Shown: one piece after another, positions 9,256 through 20,085 of the stretch
Numbering within the stretch: position 1 is the stretch's first letter
Layout of the letters: each line of letters opens with the position of its first letter
Assembly: GCF_000260965.1 (NCBI RefSeq)
Contig: NC_017856.1
Location: 1,320,001-1,352,000, forward strand
Source of the DNA: Methylophaga frappieri
GTDB taxonomy: Bacteria > Pseudomonadota > Gammaproteobacteria > Nitrosococcales > Methylophagaceae
DNA: 32,000 bases
Direction of reading: 5' to 3'
Made by a program: the position numbers and the translations under genes
The notes under the pieces: generated by a model
What the model was told of the DNA's origin: nothing
Database searches by the model: none
What the model saw: the letters and a program-made list of their open reading frames with translations, nothing else

Positions 9256-9601
9256 TCATTTTTACATCGGCCACGCGGCTGATCTGAAAGAAAACCAAGC
9301 GCGCGAATTTGAAATCACGGTGGATGACAGTCAAATGGCCGGGTTTGTTATGCGATTTGAGGGCGTTATTTATGCCTATTTGAACTTATGCCCACATCTA
9401 CGTGTACCACTTAACTGGAAACCCGATACTTTTATGTCGCTAGAAGGCACTCACATTGAATGCAGTGTTCATGGTGCGTTGTTTAACCCAGATGATGGTT
9501 TGTGTATTTCTGGCCCCTGTCGAGGCCAATCATTAACCCGATTAAATATAGAAACAGACAACAAAGGCGATGTGTATCTAGTCCGGCATCAGCAACGCTG
9601 A
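9248..9601 (+). CDS. Small soluble Rieske [2Fe-2S] protein
   Basis: Rieske ligand motifs CPHLRVPL (CxH) and CSVHGALF (CxxH) are followed by GPC. The start is set at ATG 9248 (MTDHFYIGH), overlapping the kinase gene by 8 nt. Confidence 0.85.
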   Translation: MTDHFYIGHAADLKENQAREFEITVDDSQMAGFVMRFEGVIYAYLNLCPHLRVPLNWKPDTFMSLEGTHIECSVHGALFNPDDGLCISGPCRGQSLTRLNIETDNKGDVYLVRHQQR

Positions 9602-11590
9602 GTGTTGTCGTAACTGACTGAGTAGCGTCTTATACCCGCTTAATTGATGGTATCGACACACATCCGTGATCGGTTGCTGTTGGAGTAACACCTGAATCAG
9701 CATGGCCTGCGCTGAGGGAGAACACGCCGTAAACGCCGCCGTCGGCAACTGCTGCCACAATCGTTTTCGAAGCGGCACAAAGCTATATTCCAATGCGCGT
9801 TGACCGGTTACAAAGCTGCTAATATCCGCTTTATCCGCCTCGGATAAAGACTGCGCTATTTGGGGTAAATCAGTGGTGATTTGTTTGACTAACTCGCAAG
9901 GCAAATCCGCAAAATAACGGGGCAATAACTCTGGCCATTGTTCCGCAAAACGTTGCTGCAATCGCGCAATTAGATCGTCACCTGCCACTGAACAGGATTT
10001 GAGCATAATGACGGCCCGTCCCGCACTCATGGTGTCTTCATGCAATCCCAATCTAACCGGCACAAAACCGAGTTGCTGCCAAAAACGATAAATACCCGCC
10101 TGTAAAGCAAAGCTACAACCAATCAAGTCGGTATCGGATGGCAATTTGGACAATAGTTGACGCACCAGATCGCTGCCACGATTTTGTCGCTGATACGCTG
10201 GATGAATGGCAATCCGAATAATACGTTGATAACGCAAATTGCCAGCCTGCCTATCACCCGCATGCGTTAATAAACTTTGCGGTAACAGCTCGCCCGGCAA
10301 GCGGCGCAGGCCTTTATGAACGGCTTGCGTCAACGCCTCATCGAGCGGCCCTTCACGATTTAGCCAACAAACCCCGAGACATTGCCTGGCATCACGCAGC
10401 ACCCAAATGGTCCGATTTTCATCATCCAACAAGGCCTGTAAATCCGATGGTCGCGTACGATAATGCGCCGAAACTAACAGCGCAAATATCTGCTCCATCA
10501 GCGCCGGATTGGTGCTCAATTCGGTTGAGGTTACGAGTTCGCAAGATAACTCAGCTTGCAAATTAACCGCCTGGTGGCTTCTTTCCAGTTCGGTACTTAA
10601 TAACAATGCTCGATAGCTGAATTGTTCGAGTGGATCTCCAGCCTGCCAGCGAACAGGAGTGATGAGTTTCTGTTGCTGCCAGCCTGGCACGTCTCGATTT
10701 AAAATTTGACTAAATTGCGTTTTAAAGCCGAGACCAGAGCCTTCATACCCCTGCAAAGTGGTGGAAAAAATAATGCGGGCGTAATGCTTAAGCCAACTTT
10801 GTAGCAAAATTTGTGGTAAGGCCGCCGCTTCATCGACTAATAACACATCCGCTACTGGCAGCGTTGCTTGCAACTGATCTGGCGCAATAAACTGCAACGC
10901 CATCTTGTTGTTATCAGACCTGGCACCCTGCGCTTCCAACTCACGCTGATAATGTTGCAGAACCGTTTTAACAGCCAGTTTAGACGGCGCTGTCAGTAAT
11001 AATCGAGATTTTCCCTGCCTCAATAAACTCGCAGCCGCAACACCCAATACAGCCGATTTGCCGCGCCCCCGATCTGCCATCATTAACAATGGTCGCCGCC
11101 GGTGTCCAAATGCAACCTGCTGGATTGCTTGTAAGGCATGTTGCTGATCTTGCGTTAACTGAAATTCGGTTTGCGTCAGCGGCGTCAGACGTATTTCTGG
11201 CCAAGGTGCGTCAGACTTGCAGTAGATGATTTTATCTGTATGCCTGCTTGCCTGTTCAGCAAGCTGCTTGAAGCGCCGCATCCAACGGCTGGTTGTTTCT
11301 ATTGGCAACAGCATAATAAAAACGCCGCCACCTCTCAGCGTCCCCAAAGCTGCAGCTAAAGCATCAGCCCGACAGATCTCACTGGCATCAAAAATAAGCA
11401 GATCGGTTTCTTGACCAAGATATTGGCTTGCCTGAGACTGACTGAGAATATTTTGCTGCGGATGCGCTTTGGCGGCAAACCAGACTATTTTCGCCTGATC
11501 GGGATAATCGCGAAGCTGTTTGATACGCTGACCAAGCGACTCACTATCCCCTTCGCAAAATAGACTAAATCGATGGACGGCATCCGACAT
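9578..11590 (-). CDS. tmcA: tRNA(Met) cytidine acetyltransferase
   Basis: 670 aa. It has a helicase-like ATPase with Walker A DRGRGKSA, a C-terminal GNAT domain (RIAIHPAYQRQNRGSDL), and the length and architecture of E. coli TmcA (YpfI). Confidence 0.9.
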   Translation of the reverse strand: MSDAVHRFSLFCEGDSESLGQRIKQLRDYPDQAKIVWFAAKAHPQQNILSQSQASQYLGQETDLLIFDASEICRADALAAALGTLRGGGVFIMLLPIETTSRWMRRFKQLAEQASRHTDKIIYCKSDAPWPEIRLTPLTQTEFQLTQDQQHALQAIQQVAFGHRRRPLLMMADRGRGKSAVLGVAAASLLRQGKSRLLLTAPSKLAVKTVLQHYQRELEAQGARSDNNKMALQFIAPDQLQATLPVADVLLVDEAAALPQILLQSWLKHYARIIFSTTLQGYEGSGLGFKTQFSQILNRDVPGWQQQKLITPVRWQAGDPLEQFSYRALLLSTELERSHQAVNLQAELSCELVTSTELSTNPALMEQIFALLVSAHYRTRPSDLQALLDDENRTIWVLRDARQCLGVCWLNREGPLDEALTQAVHKGLRRLPGELLPQSLLTHAGDRQAGNLRYQRIIRIAIHPAYQRQNRGSDLVRQLLSKLPSDTDLIGCSFALQAGIYRFWQQLGFVPVRLGLHEDTMSAGRAVIMLKSCSVAGDDLIARLQQRFAEQWPELLPRYFADLPCELVKQITTDLPQIAQSLSEADKADISSFVTGQRALEYSFVPLRKRLWQQLPTAAFTACSPSAQAMLIQVLLQQQPITDVCRYHQLSGYKTLLSQLRQHSALLMPD

Positions 11591-11597
11591 CAGAGAA

Positions 11598-11801
11598 TCA
11601 GTAGTGTGGTGGCGGTGATTCGTCAGCCTGACGAATTAACTGAGCTTGATGGAGATTTTCAACTTGCCCACTCAGCTTTTCCAATTGACGTTGCAAACGA
11701 TCAATTTGAATTTGCTGACGCGTCACGACCTGATTCAACTGATCGATGATGCCATCTTGAAAAGCAAGTCGGGTTTGCAGCTCAATAATGTCGTCTTGCA
11801 T
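11598..11801 (-). CDS. slyX: SlyX-family coiled-coil protein
   Basis: 67 aa. LQTRLAFQDGIIDQLN and the C-terminal PPPHY are as in E. coli SlyX. Its start shares one nucleotide with the metH stop (TGATG). Confidence 0.85.
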   Translation of the reverse strand: MQDDIIELQTRLAFQDGIIDQLNQVVTRQQIQIDRLQRQLEKLSGQVENLHQAQLIRQADESPPPHY

Positions 11802-14800
11802 CAGTCACTCCCATCATAAGACAAAGCGGGTGCGAGCCAGCGCTCAGCAGTCGGTAAATCCCAGTTTTTACGACGGGCATAATCGACCACTTGGTCTTCA
11901 TTGATTTTGCCAAGACCGAAATAACGTGCATCCGGATGCGCAAAATAAAAACCACTGACCGCTGCGGTTGGCAACATCGCATAACTCTCTGTGAGGGTCA
12001 TACCAATGTTTTCCTCAACAGACAATAACTCCCAAAGCAGGCCCTTTTCGGTGTGATCCGGACAGGCTGGATACCCCGGCGCCGGGCGGATGCCACGATA
12101 CTTTTCGTTAATTAACGCGTCATTATCGAGTTGCTCATCCACAGCATAGGCCCAAAACTCTTTGCGAACCCGTTCATGGATGCGTTCTGCTAATGCTTCT
12201 GCAAGTCGATCAGCCAATGCTTTGAGCATGATGCTATTGTAATCATCATGATCTGCTTCAAATCGCGCAATATGTTCCTCAATGCCGATCCCCGCCGTGA
12301 CCGCAAAGGCGCCAATGGTATCGGCAACGCCACTTTCTTTCGGTGCAACAAAATCCGCTAACGCCGCATTGGGACGACCCGGCGGCTTCTCGGCCTGTTG
12401 TCGCAGTGAGTGCAGGGTCATCCTGACCTGCTGGCGACGGGTGTCGGTATAAACCTCAATATCATCATGATCGATACTATTGGCTGGAAATAAGCCAATC
12501 ACTGCCCTTGCTTGAAGCCACTTTTCTTCTACGATGCGTTGTAACATTTCTTGCGCATCACGAAATAATTGCGTGGCATGCTCACCGACGATTTCATCTT
12601 TTAATATCCGTGGGTAGCGGCCTGCCAGCTCCCATGACTGAAAAAAAGGTGTCCAATCAATCCGATCAACTAACTCCGTAAGTGGGTAGTCATCAAAAAT
12701 TTGAATACCAGGATGGCGTGGTTCAATGGGTTGATAATTCGCCCAGTCAATCTGCGTTTTATTTTGACGAGCGGCTTCAATTGATAGAAAGCGGCGCGAG
12801 GATTTACGCCCTTGGTGTTGCTCGCGTTTGTTTAAATAATCCGCTTTGGTTTTACTAACAAACGCATCACGAGCACTTTTACTCACCAGGCTTTGTGCCA
12901 CCCCGACCGCTCTCGACGCATCTTTAACGTAAACAACAGGACCTTGATAGTTGGGATCGATTTTAACTGCCGTATGAATCAAAGAGGTGGTCGCGCCCCC
13001 AATCATGAGCGGTAATGCAAATTCTAATCGCTGCATTTCTTTTGCTAAGTGAGCCATTTCTTCAAGTGAAGGCGTGATAAGCCCAGACAAACCGATAATA
13101 TCGACTTGTTCTTTTTTAGCCGTATCGAGAATCGTTTGAGCCGGCACCATCACACCCAAATCGATAATCTCAAAATTGTTGCACTGTAAAACGACACCGA
13201 CGATATTTTTACCGATATCATGAACATCCCCTTTCACCGTCGCCAGTAGAATCCGTCCATTATTTTTACTGGTGTCATTTTCTTCTTTGGCTGCTTCAAT
13301 GTAAGGCATCAGATAAGCAACCGCCTTTTTCATAACCCGTGCTGATTTCACTACTTGTGGCAAGAACATTTTGCCCTCGCCAAACAAATCACCCACGACA
13401 TTCATGCCGTCCATCAGTGGCCCTTCAATCACTTCCAGGGGTTTGTCATATTGTTGACGCGCAGTTTCGGTATCTTCATCAACGTAATCGGCGATGCCTT
13501 TAACCAAGGCATGTTCAAGTCGCTTGGCAACCGGCCACGCACGCCAGGCTAAATCTTCTTTTTTCTCGGTTGCCCCCCCGCCCTGGTACTCCTCCGCGAT
13601 CGCTAACAACCTGTCCGTCGCATCATCACGGCGATTGAGAATGACATCTTCTACATGATCACGAAGCGTTTCCGGCAGATCATCATATATAGCCAATTGC
13701 CCGGCATTAACAATGCCCATATCCATACCGGCCTTAATGGCGTGATATAAAAAAACAGCATGGATAGCTTCACGAACCGGATTATTACCGCGAAATGAAA
13801 ACGAGACATTGGATACCCCCCCACTTACCCGAGCATGTGGCAAGGTCTGTTTGATATCACGGGTGGCCTCAATGAAATCCACCGCATAATTATTGTGTTC
13901 TTCAATACCGGTGGCGACGGCAAAAATATTCGGGTCAAAAATAATATCTTCTGGCGGGAAATGAAGCTTTTCCGTCAAGATTTGATAGCTTCGCGTACAT
14001 ATTTCCAGCTTACGTGCCCGGGTATCAGCCTGACCTTGTTCATCAAATGCCATGACGATAACAGCCGCACCATAACGTCGAACCAGTTTGGCCTGCTCAA
14101 TGAACTTGTCCTCTCCCTCCTTAAGACTGATGGAATTGACAATGCCTTTACCCTGTATGCATTTCAGTCCGGCCTCGATGATCTCCCATTTCGATGAGTC
14201 GATCATGATTGGCACCCGGCTAATATCTGGTTCTGCCGCAATTAAGTTGAGAAAAGTCACCATCGCTTCCTGCGAATCCAACATGCCCTCATCCATGTTG
14301 ATATCAATGACTTGTGCGCCGTTTTCAACCTGTTGACGAGCCACATCCAGTGCCGTGTCAAAATCGCCTTCCTTGATAAGGCGGGCAAACCGCAAGGATC
14401 CCGTCACATTCGTCCGTTCACCAATATTAGTAAACAAGCTGTCCGGCGTTAGATTGAGCGGCTCTAATCCACTGAGCCGACAATGATGTTGATTTTCTGG
14501 ACGTTGCCGAGGCGGCAGATCAGACACAGCATCCGCAATCGCCTTGATGTGGCCTGGCGTGGTGCCACAACAACCGCCAATTATATTTAAGAAACCGGAC
14601 TCGGCCCACTCACGAATGTGGCCAGCCATCGTTTCTGGCGATTCATCATATTCGCCAAACTCATTGGGCAGGCCAGCATTAGGGTGCGCACTGACATAAC
14701 TGGTCGAAATGGTTGCCAACTCTTCAACATATTGGCGTAACTGCTCGGCACCTAATGCACAGTTCAAGCCAATAGACAACGGTTGGACATGTGCTAATGA

Positions 14801-15499
14801 ATTCCAAAAGGCTTCTGCTGTCTGACCTGACAGCGTTCGGCCACTGGCATCGGTAATCGTGCCGGAAATCATGACCGGCAAATGCACCTGATGCTGTTCA
14901 TAAAATGTATCAATCGCGAAAACCGCTGCTTTGGCATTCAATGTGTCAAACACCGTTTCAACCATCAGCAGATCAGCGCCGCCATCCACCAGCCCCCGAA
15001 TGGCTTCAAGATAGGTGTTCACCAGCTCATCAAAATGTACATTTCGAAATCCTGGATTATTGACATCCGGCGAGATACTGGCGGTACGGTTAGTGGGGCC
15101 CAGTACCCCCGCGACAAAACGCGGTTTTTGTGGGTTGGCCAGAGTAAATTCATCGGCTATTTCTCGGGCAAGCTGCGCTGAAACTTTATTCAACTCATAA
15201 ACCAGGAATTCCATCTGGTAGTCCGCCATTGCGATAGCGGTACCGTTAAAAGTATTGGTTTCAACAATATCTGCCCCGGATTCAAAATAGGCACGGTGAA
15301 TATCACGAATAATTTGTGGCTGGGTCAGCGACAACAGATCATTATTGCCTTTTACGTCACACGGGTGATCGGCAAAGCGTTCACCGCGAAAATCAGTTTC
15401 ACTGAGCTGATAACTTTGCAACATGGTGCCCATGCCACCATCCAGAACCAGAATACGCTGTTCAAGCAGTTGCTGTATTTGTTGAGAAACCGTGGTCAA
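11801..15499 (-). CDS. metH: Cobalamin-dependent methionine synthase
   Basis: 1232 aa. It matches E. coli MetH from [11 protein letters not shown] through the GGCCGT Zn site, the pterin domain, the B12-binding [10 protein letters not shown] (DxHxxG) and the AdoMet activation domain. It apparently starts at TTG 15499, with AGGAAA 6 nt upstream and an in-frame TGA 5 codons upstream. Confidence 0.97.
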   Translation of the reverse strand: MTTVSQQIQQLLEQRILVLDGGMGTMLQSYQLSETDFRGERFADHPCDVKGNNDLLSLTQPQIIRDIHRAYFESGADIVETNTFNGTAIAMADYQMEFLVYELNKVSAQLAREIADEFTLANPQKPRFVAGVLGPTNRTASISPDVNNPGFRNVHFDELVNTYLEAIRGLVDGGADLLMVETVFDTLNAKAAVFAIDTFYEQHQVHLPVMISGTITDASGRTLSGQTAEAFWNSLAHVQPLSIGLNCALGAEQLRQYVEELATISTSYVSAHPNAGLPNEFGEYDESPETMAGHIREWAESGFLNIIGGCCGTTPGHIKAIADAVSDLPPRQRPENQHHCRLSGLEPLNLTPDSLFTNIGERTNVTGSLRFARLIKEGDFDTALDVARQQVENGAQVIDINMDEGMLDSQEAMVTFLNLIAAEPDISRVPIMIDSSKWEIIEAGLKCIQGKGIVNSISLKEGEDKFIEQAKLVRRYGAAVIVMAFDEQGQADTRARKLEICTRSYQILTEKLHFPPEDIIFDPNIFAVATGIEEHNNYAVDFIEATRDIKQTLPHARVSGGVSNVSFSFRGNNPVREAIHAVFLYHAIKAGMDMGIVNAGQLAIYDDLPETLRDHVEDVILNRRDDATDRLLAIAEEYQGGGATEKKEDLAWRAWPVAKRLEHALVKGIADYVDEDTETARQQYDKPLEVIEGPLMDGMNVVGDLFGEGKMFLPQVVKSARVMKKAVAYLMPYIEAAKEENDTSKNNGRILLATVKGDVHDIGKNIVGVVLQCNNFEIIDLGVMVPAQTILDTAKKEQVDIIGLSGLITPSLEEMAHLAKEMQRLEFALPLMIGGATTSLIHTAVKIDPNYQGPVVYVKDASRAVGVAQSLVSKSARDAFVSKTKADYLNKREQHQGRKSSRRFLSIEAARQNKTQIDWANYQPIEPRHPGIQIFDDYPLTELVDRIDWTPFFQSWELAGRYPRILKDEIVGEHATQLFRDAQEMLQRIVEEKWLQARAVIGLFPANSIDHDDIEVYTDTRRQQVRMTLHSLRQQAEKPPGRPNAALADFVAPKESGVADTIGAFAVTAGIGIEEHIARFEADHDDYNSIMLKALADRLAEALAERIHERVRKEFWAYAVDEQLDNDALINEKYRGIRPAPGYPACPDHTEKGLLWELLSVEENIGMTLTESYAMLPTAAVSGFYFAHPDARYFGLGKINEDQVVDYARRKNWDLPTAERWLAPALSYDGSD

Positions 15500-15580
15500 A
15501 TGCTTTTCCTGTCAAAATATAGTGTTGAAAATGCCGCTGATTTTAACATACCCGCTGCTTTGCAAAGCGCTTCAATCAGC

Positions 15581-17287
15581 CTAAAACAAACGCATCCCGA
15601 CTTTTTGAATCTTGTCACCATCGACTTCATTCACGACCCAGTGAATGCCATGCCAGTCCACATCATCACCGACCACAGGGTGCCCACCAACGCGACGCGA
15701 TATAAACTCCGCTAGTGTGGTTTCTTGCTCGTTGTCACTGACAGTTAAACCATAGGCTTTGGCAACATCACGTAACAAGGCATCCCCATTCAGCACAAAG
15801 GCTCCAAAAAAGGCTTCAGCCTGACGCAACTTCGCATCGCCATTAAAGAGTTGATTCAGTTTTGGCAGGTCTTCGCTCCGACTGATAACACACAGCGTGT
15901 CGCCCAGTTTCAGTGTTGTACTGCCCTTGGGATGCAACATGTGATGCTCCCTGAATAAAGCTGAGATCAAGGTGCCAGAAGGAAACCGTAATAATCGGAT
16001 TTGCTGCTCATCCAGTGCCGGGTTATCGACTTTGTATACGAACATTTCAAAATCATTTTCAGGCAAAATCCCTAATGCACCGCGTTGATCTGGTGAACGT
16101 CCTCTGGGTACAGCAACCTGTAACCACCGGGCAACCGGCGATAACGTTGACCCTTGCACCAGCAACGACAACAGCACGACGGCAAACGCCACATTAAAAT
16201 ATAACGCGGCATTATCAACACCACCGATAACCGGAAAGATAGCCAATACAATGGGTACCGCACCACGTAGCCCAACCCAGGAAATAAAGCCAATCTCCCG
16301 CCAGCGAAATTTAAAAAAAGGTTTGACGGAGATGAGTACGGCCAGCGGCCGGGCAATGAATATCAGTGCTAAAGCAATAAGCACAGCCGGAACAGCATAG
16401 GTCAACACCTCGCTTGGTGTGACCAACATGCCCAATACCAAAAATAATCCAATCTGACTCAGCCAGGCCAAACCATCATGAACCGGTAAAATATGAGTGA
16501 GGTGTTTGCCAGGTTGATTACCAATCATCAAACCACAGAGATAAATCGCAAGAAACCCGCTTCCGCCCAATGAACTGGTTAGCCCAAACACAAAAAATGC
16601 CAGTGCTAATGCCAGCAGGGAATACAAACCCGGCGCTAAATCCAGCTTTATCAGTAAGCGCGCAATTAACCAGCCTGAACCAATCCCAATTACCCCGCCT
16701 AAGCCAAACTGCTGCACCAAAAATAAAAAAGCCGATTGCCAGCCCGACGTTTCTCCTGTCAGTAACTCAATCAACATGATGGTCAAAAAAATCGCCATCG
16801 GATCATTGGTACCCGATTCAATTTCTAAGGTGGCGCTGACCCGCTCATTGATAGTGATCCCTTGCCCTTTAAGCATAGAGAAAACCGCCGCCGCGTCGGT
16901 TGAACCCACAATCGCACCAATCAGCAGCCCTTCCAGCAAAGACAAATCGAAGATCCACATTGCCAGACCACCGACAATACCGCTGGTAAATAGCACGCCA
17001 AAAGTGGCTAAAGACAAGGCCGGTTTAAAACCCACCCGAAAGGTCGATAAGCGGGTTTGCAGCCCACCATCCAAAAGAATCATCGCCAGTGCGAGGTGAC
17101 CAATGACAAAGGCTAAAGCGTAATTATCGAATGCAATGCCCAGTAGCCCCTCTTCTCCCGCCAGCATGCCTAATGCCAGAAAAATGATCAGGATAGGCAA
17201 GCCAAACAGCGAGGATAATCGGCTGGCAACGATACTTAGTGCAATAAGAAACCCGCTGAACAAAAACAGCGTATTAATGGCATCCAT
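15581..17287 (-). CDS. K+/H+ antiporter, CPA1 family NhaP2/CvrA type, with a C-terminal RCK_C (TrkA-C) domain
   Basis: 568 aa. About 12 hydrophobic helices, an ESGTNDP motif and a soluble C-terminal domain (TLKLGDTLCVISRSEDL). Confidence 0.9.
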   Translation of the reverse strand: MDAINTLFLFSGFLIALSIVASRLSSLFGLPILIIFLALGMLAGEEGLLGIAFDNYALAFVIGHLALAMILLDGGLQTRLSTFRVGFKPALSLATFGVLFTSGIVGGLAMWIFDLSLLEGLLIGAIVGSTDAAAVFSMLKGQGITINERVSATLEIESGTNDPMAIFLTIMLIELLTGETSGWQSAFLFLVQQFGLGGVIGIGSGWLIARLLIKLDLAPGLYSLLALALAFFVFGLTSSLGGSGFLAIYLCGLMIGNQPGKHLTHILPVHDGLAWLSQIGLFLVLGMLVTPSEVLTYAVPAVLIALALIFIARPLAVLISVKPFFKFRWREIGFISWVGLRGAVPIVLAIFPVIGGVDNAALYFNVAFAVVLLSLLVQGSTLSPVARWLQVAVPRGRSPDQRGALGILPENDFEMFVYKVDNPALDEQQIRLLRFPSGTLISALFREHHMLHPKGSTTLKLGDTLCVISRSEDLPKLNQLFNGDAKLRQAEAFFGAFVLNGDALLRDVAKAYGLTVSDNEQETTLAEFISRRVGGHPVVGDDVDWHGIHWVVNEVDGDKIQKVGMRLF

Positions 17288-17354
17288 ATCCTGATCCTAA
17301 TCAATCGGACATTCATTATCGCACAGCATGCCAACGTGATTCGGCATCACACCG

Positions 17355-17404
17355 CACAGAAAATGAATCAGGCGTGCAGGCAAATTAGCCCACACGCCTG
17401 ATTC
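17355..17404 (-). terminator. Probable intrinsic terminator of leuA
   Basis: A perfect 12-bp stem (17365-17376 pairs with 17393-17404) has a 16-nt loop that can add 3 inner pairs. It begins 35 nt after the leuA stop. On the - strand it is followed by ATTTTCTGTG. Confidence 0.6.
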
Positions 17405-17438
17405 CGAACAATATAAATATCGTTGGCATTTTAAAGCG

Positions 17439-19097
17439 TTATTGCAGCACTCGATTAATGCCATTTAGTAACGCTTTGATTGCAGCACGACTGATATTTT
17501 TATCTTGGCCGACGCCAAACACAGGATTGCCCTGACCAACTTTGAGTTCGACATAGCAAACGGCCATGGCATCACTACCCGACCCTATACCATGCTCGTG
17601 ATAATCGACGACGGTAATTGCCTCGCCCAAGTGGTGGCTCAGAGCGACTGCTGCCGCATCCAATGGACCATTACCCTGACCACTCAAGGTCAATTGATGG
17701 CCATTATGTTGTAAGCTAATATCAGCTGTCACGCGTTCTTCATTATCATCGTTGACCTTACTGGAACGAAACGTATAAGGCTGATTGACCTGTAAATAAG
17801 CCTCATCAAACAGCTGATAAATTGCCGATGCATTAATTTCCTTACTGGTTTCATCACTGACCAGTTGCACAATTTTGCTGAACTCGATTTGCAGCCGCCG
17901 CGGCAATTCAAACCCCGCCTGCTGTTGTAATAAGAAACTGACGCCACCTTTACCTGACTGACTATTCACTCGAACGACGGCATCATAACTGCGCCCCAAA
18001 TCAGCCGGATCTAACGGTAAATAAGGGATATTCCATAAACTCTTCGCCGTTTGTGCAGCAAAGCCTTTTTTTATTGCATCCTGATGTGAGCCAGAAAACG
18101 CGGTAAAAACCAACTCGCCAGCATAAGGATGCCGAGGATGTACCGGCAGATTGGTACAGGACTCAACCAGTTGCCGGATCTGATCAATATTAGAAAAATC
18201 CAAGCCCGGATGAATCCCTTGTGAATACAGGTTTAAAGCCAATGTGACCAAGCAGACATTACCGGTTCTCTCACCATTACCAAACAAACATCCTTCTACC
18301 CGATCGGCGCCGGCCATTACCGCTAACTCAGCTGCCGCAACGGCGGTACCACGGTCATTATGCGGATGAACACTCAAGACAATGGCGTCACGATTATTCA
18401 AATTTCGATGCATCCACTCAATCTGATCAGCATAGGTATTCGGTGTTGACATCTCCACGGTTGCCGGCAAATTGAAGATCATTTTTTGAGCAGGCGTCGG
18501 CTGCCAGATAGCAGACACGGCATCACATACCTCTTTGGCAAATTCTAATTCTGTCGATGAAAATGCTTCAGGAGAGTATTGATAAACCCACTCTGTTTCA
18601 GGTTGTTGCGCCGTATACTGTTTTACCCAACGCGTGCCCTGTTCGGCAATACCGCGAACACCCGCTTTGTCGGTGCGATAAACAATTTCCCGAAAGTCCG
18701 GTGCGGTAGGATTGTACATATGCAAAATGGCTCGTCGGGCGCCTTTTAATGACTTAACGGTACGCTCAATCAAATCTTCCCGTGCTTGTGTCAAAACCTC
18801 GATAGTCACATCATCTGGAATCAGATTTTCTTCAATCAAGCGGCGCACCACATTGAAATCCGTTTCTGAAGCAGAAGGAAAACCCACTTCAATTTCCTTG
18901 AACCCCATTGCCACAAGCGCTTTAAAAAAGCGGAGTTTGGTTTCAACGGACATCGGGTCGATAAGTGCTTGATTACCATCACGCAAATCTGTACTCATCC
19001 AAACAGGGGGTTGTGAAATCACCTTGTTTGGCCATTGCCGATCGCTTAATTCAATGGGCTTAAAGCGACGATATTTATCCTGCGGTTGCGCGATCAT
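17439..19097 (-). CDS. leuA: 2-isopropylmalate synthase, long (about 550 aa) form
   Basis: Shows [24 protein letters not shown] and the C-terminal LeuA regulatory domain. The start is set at ATG 19097 ([14 protein letters not shown]), with GGAGAGG just upstream. The GTG at 19136 in the track adds 13 residues. Confidence 0.93.
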   Translation of the reverse strand: MIAQPQDKYRRFKPIELSDRQWPNKVISQPPVWMSTDLRDGNQALIDPMSVETKLRFFKALVAMGFKEIEVGFPSASETDFNVVRRLIEENLIPDDVTIEVLTQAREDLIERTVKSLKGARRAILHMYNPTAPDFREIVYRTDKAGVRGIAEQGTRWVKQYTAQQPETEWVYQYSPEAFSSTELEFAKEVCDAVSAIWQPTPAQKMIFNLPATVEMSTPNTYADQIEWMHRNLNNRDAIVLSVHPHNDRGTAVAAAELAVMAGADRVEGCLFGNGERTGNVCLVTLALNLYSQGIHPGLDFSNIDQIRQLVESCTNLPVHPRHPYAGELVFTAFSGSHQDAIKKGFAAQTAKSLWNIPYLPLDPADLGRSYDAVVRVNSQSGKGGVSFLLQQQAGFELPRRLQIEFSKIVQLVSDETSKEINASAIYQLFDEAYLQVNQPYTFRSSKVNDDNEERVTADISLQHNGHQLTLSGQGNGPLDAAAVALSHHLGEAITVVDYHEHGIGSGSDAMAVCYVELKVGQGNPVFGVGQDKNISRAAIKALLNGINRVLQ

Positions 19098-19289
19098 GAT
19101 CCTCTCCTGAGTAGGTAATTTGCCTGAAAACAACACGTTTTAAATTCATGTCGGTCACCGGTCACCATGCGCCATCAGAACAGGGTAAATTCTGATGCTT
19201 CCTGCGTCTCTCGGTCAGTTTTGCCAACCTTTGAGTCCGCCGATGCACATCACGCTTTTGGCGTGGCAGTAGCCGGTTTCAGGCATGAC

Positions 19290-19420
19290 ATTATTATAAA
19301 CAGACAACCTGAAAATTAAATTGCAAAAAATCTTTATAAAGCCTAAATTAAAGCATTAAATGCTAATTTATAATAAATTAATGACATTTATTGCCTTTAA
19401 TAAAGGGTTTTATGCATATC
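19290..19420. promoter_or_regulatory. AT-rich divergent leuA/lrp control region
   Basis: About 21% G+C by hand count over 130 nt, against about 48% in the flanks. There is a TATAAT on the - strand at 19293-19298 (a candidate leuA -10). A + strand TTGCAA (19321-19326), 17-nt spacer and TAAATT (19344-19349) form a candidate lrp promoter. Confidence 0.45.
19352..19364. promoter_or_regulatory. Palindrome AGCATT-A-AATGCT, candidate Lrp/AsnC-type operator
   Basis: A perfect 6+1+6 palindrome 57 nt upstream of the lrp-family ATG. Its outer half-sites fit the E. coli Lrp consensus YAGHAWATTWTDCTR at 11 of 15 positions by my alignment. Confidence 0.3.
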
Positions 19421-19894
19421 ATGACTGAACCACTTGACCGCTACGACCAGCAGATTTTGACGATACTGCAAAAACAGGGCCGCCTATCAAATCAAGAATT
19501 AGCAGAGGCGATCCGTTTATCGCCCTCCCCGACCCTGAGACGGGTCAGACAACTTGAAGAAAATGGGTTGATAGATGGCTATGTTGCGCTTCTGAATGCC
19601 AAAAAACTCGGGCTGACACTGATGGCATTTATTGGCATCAGCATGGATAAACACACCTCAGAACGCTTTACCACACTGGAATCAACGCTGACGCAATATC
19701 CCGAAGTACTGGAGTGTCATCTGATTACCGGCCAGTCTGCAGATTACTTGCTCAAGGTTATCGTCAAAGATATGGATGCCTATCAACAGCTTTTATTGCA
19801 GAAACTGACCCGTATTGAAGGCGTGACCGGCGTGCATACTTCGTTTGTGATGAATTCACCGATCAAAACAACCGCATTGCCAGTGAATGGATAA
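19421..19894 (+). CDS. Lrp/AsnC-family transcriptional regulator
   Basis: It has an HTH (LDRYDQQILTILQKQGRLSNQELAEAIRLSPSPTLRRVRQLEENGLI) plus a RAM/AsnC_trans_reg domain. The start is set at ATG 19421 rather than the TTG at 19391 in the track. Confidence 0.9.
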   Translation: MTEPLDRYDQQILTILQKQGRLSNQELAEAIRLSPSPTLRRVRQLEENGLIDGYVALLNAKKLGLTLMAFIGISMDKHTSERFTTLESTLTQYPEVLECHLITGQSADYLLKVIVKDMDAYQQLLLQKLTRIEGVTGVHTSFVMNSPIKTTALPVNG

Positions 19895-19974
19895 TCCGTT
19901 GCCTTAAAAATACAGCTTCATTAGCGCCAATATTCCGGATAAATGGTCTGTTTTATAAAGCAGTTAAAAAAAGA

Positions 19975-20085
19975 ATGTCAGTATTTTCAATCACTCACCT
20001 GTCAGCCCTTTGCAGTCGGCATTTTCTCGATCATAATCAGAATCAGGTGCTGTCTAAACACATGATGAGGATGATTTCCGGATGA
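19975..20085 (+). CDS. Speculative 36-codon upstream ORF overlapping the PhoH2 start
   Basis: My translation is MSVFSITHLSALCSRHFLDHNQNQVLSKHMMRMISG. Its TGA overlaps the phoH2 ATG (ATGA 20082-20085). There is no convincing SD (AAGA only), so it may be a chance ORF. Confidence 0.15.
   Translation: MSVFSITHLSALCSRHFLDHNQNQVLSKHMMRMISG

Noticed and set aside
15500-15580. A cobalamin riboswitch upstream of metH
   Set aside because: The spacer is only 81 nt, far shorter than a B12 riboswitch, and no B12-box-like sequence is seen. B12 riboswitches typically control metE or btuB rather than metH.
15525-15583. An inverted repeat GCTGATT/AATCAGC (15536-15542 and 15574-15580) enclosing the palindrome GCTTTGCAAAGC, followed on the - strand by GGCATTTTC; considered as an nhaP2 terminator
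   Set aside because: The stem is weak and the T-run short. Only about 35 nt would remain for a metH promoter plus SD, so read-through co-transcription of nhaP2 and metH is more likely. It could still be a partial attenuator.
15296-15715. A 139-aa + strand ORF spanning the metH start, the intergenic spacer and the nhaP2 end
   Set aside because: It is antisense to two strongly supported genes and has no recognisable motif. Long antisense ORFs of this kind occur across the window (for example 13835-14197, 16776-17099, 23639-23959, 26912-27274, 27861-28226, 30613-30978).
19098-19300. A leucine leader peptide or attenuator upstream of leuA
   Set aside because: I translated the - strand leader. 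The only short ORFs (MSCLKPATATPKA and MPETGYCHAKSVMCIGGLKGWQN) contain no Leu run, and the hairpin at 19173-19197 lacks a U-tract.
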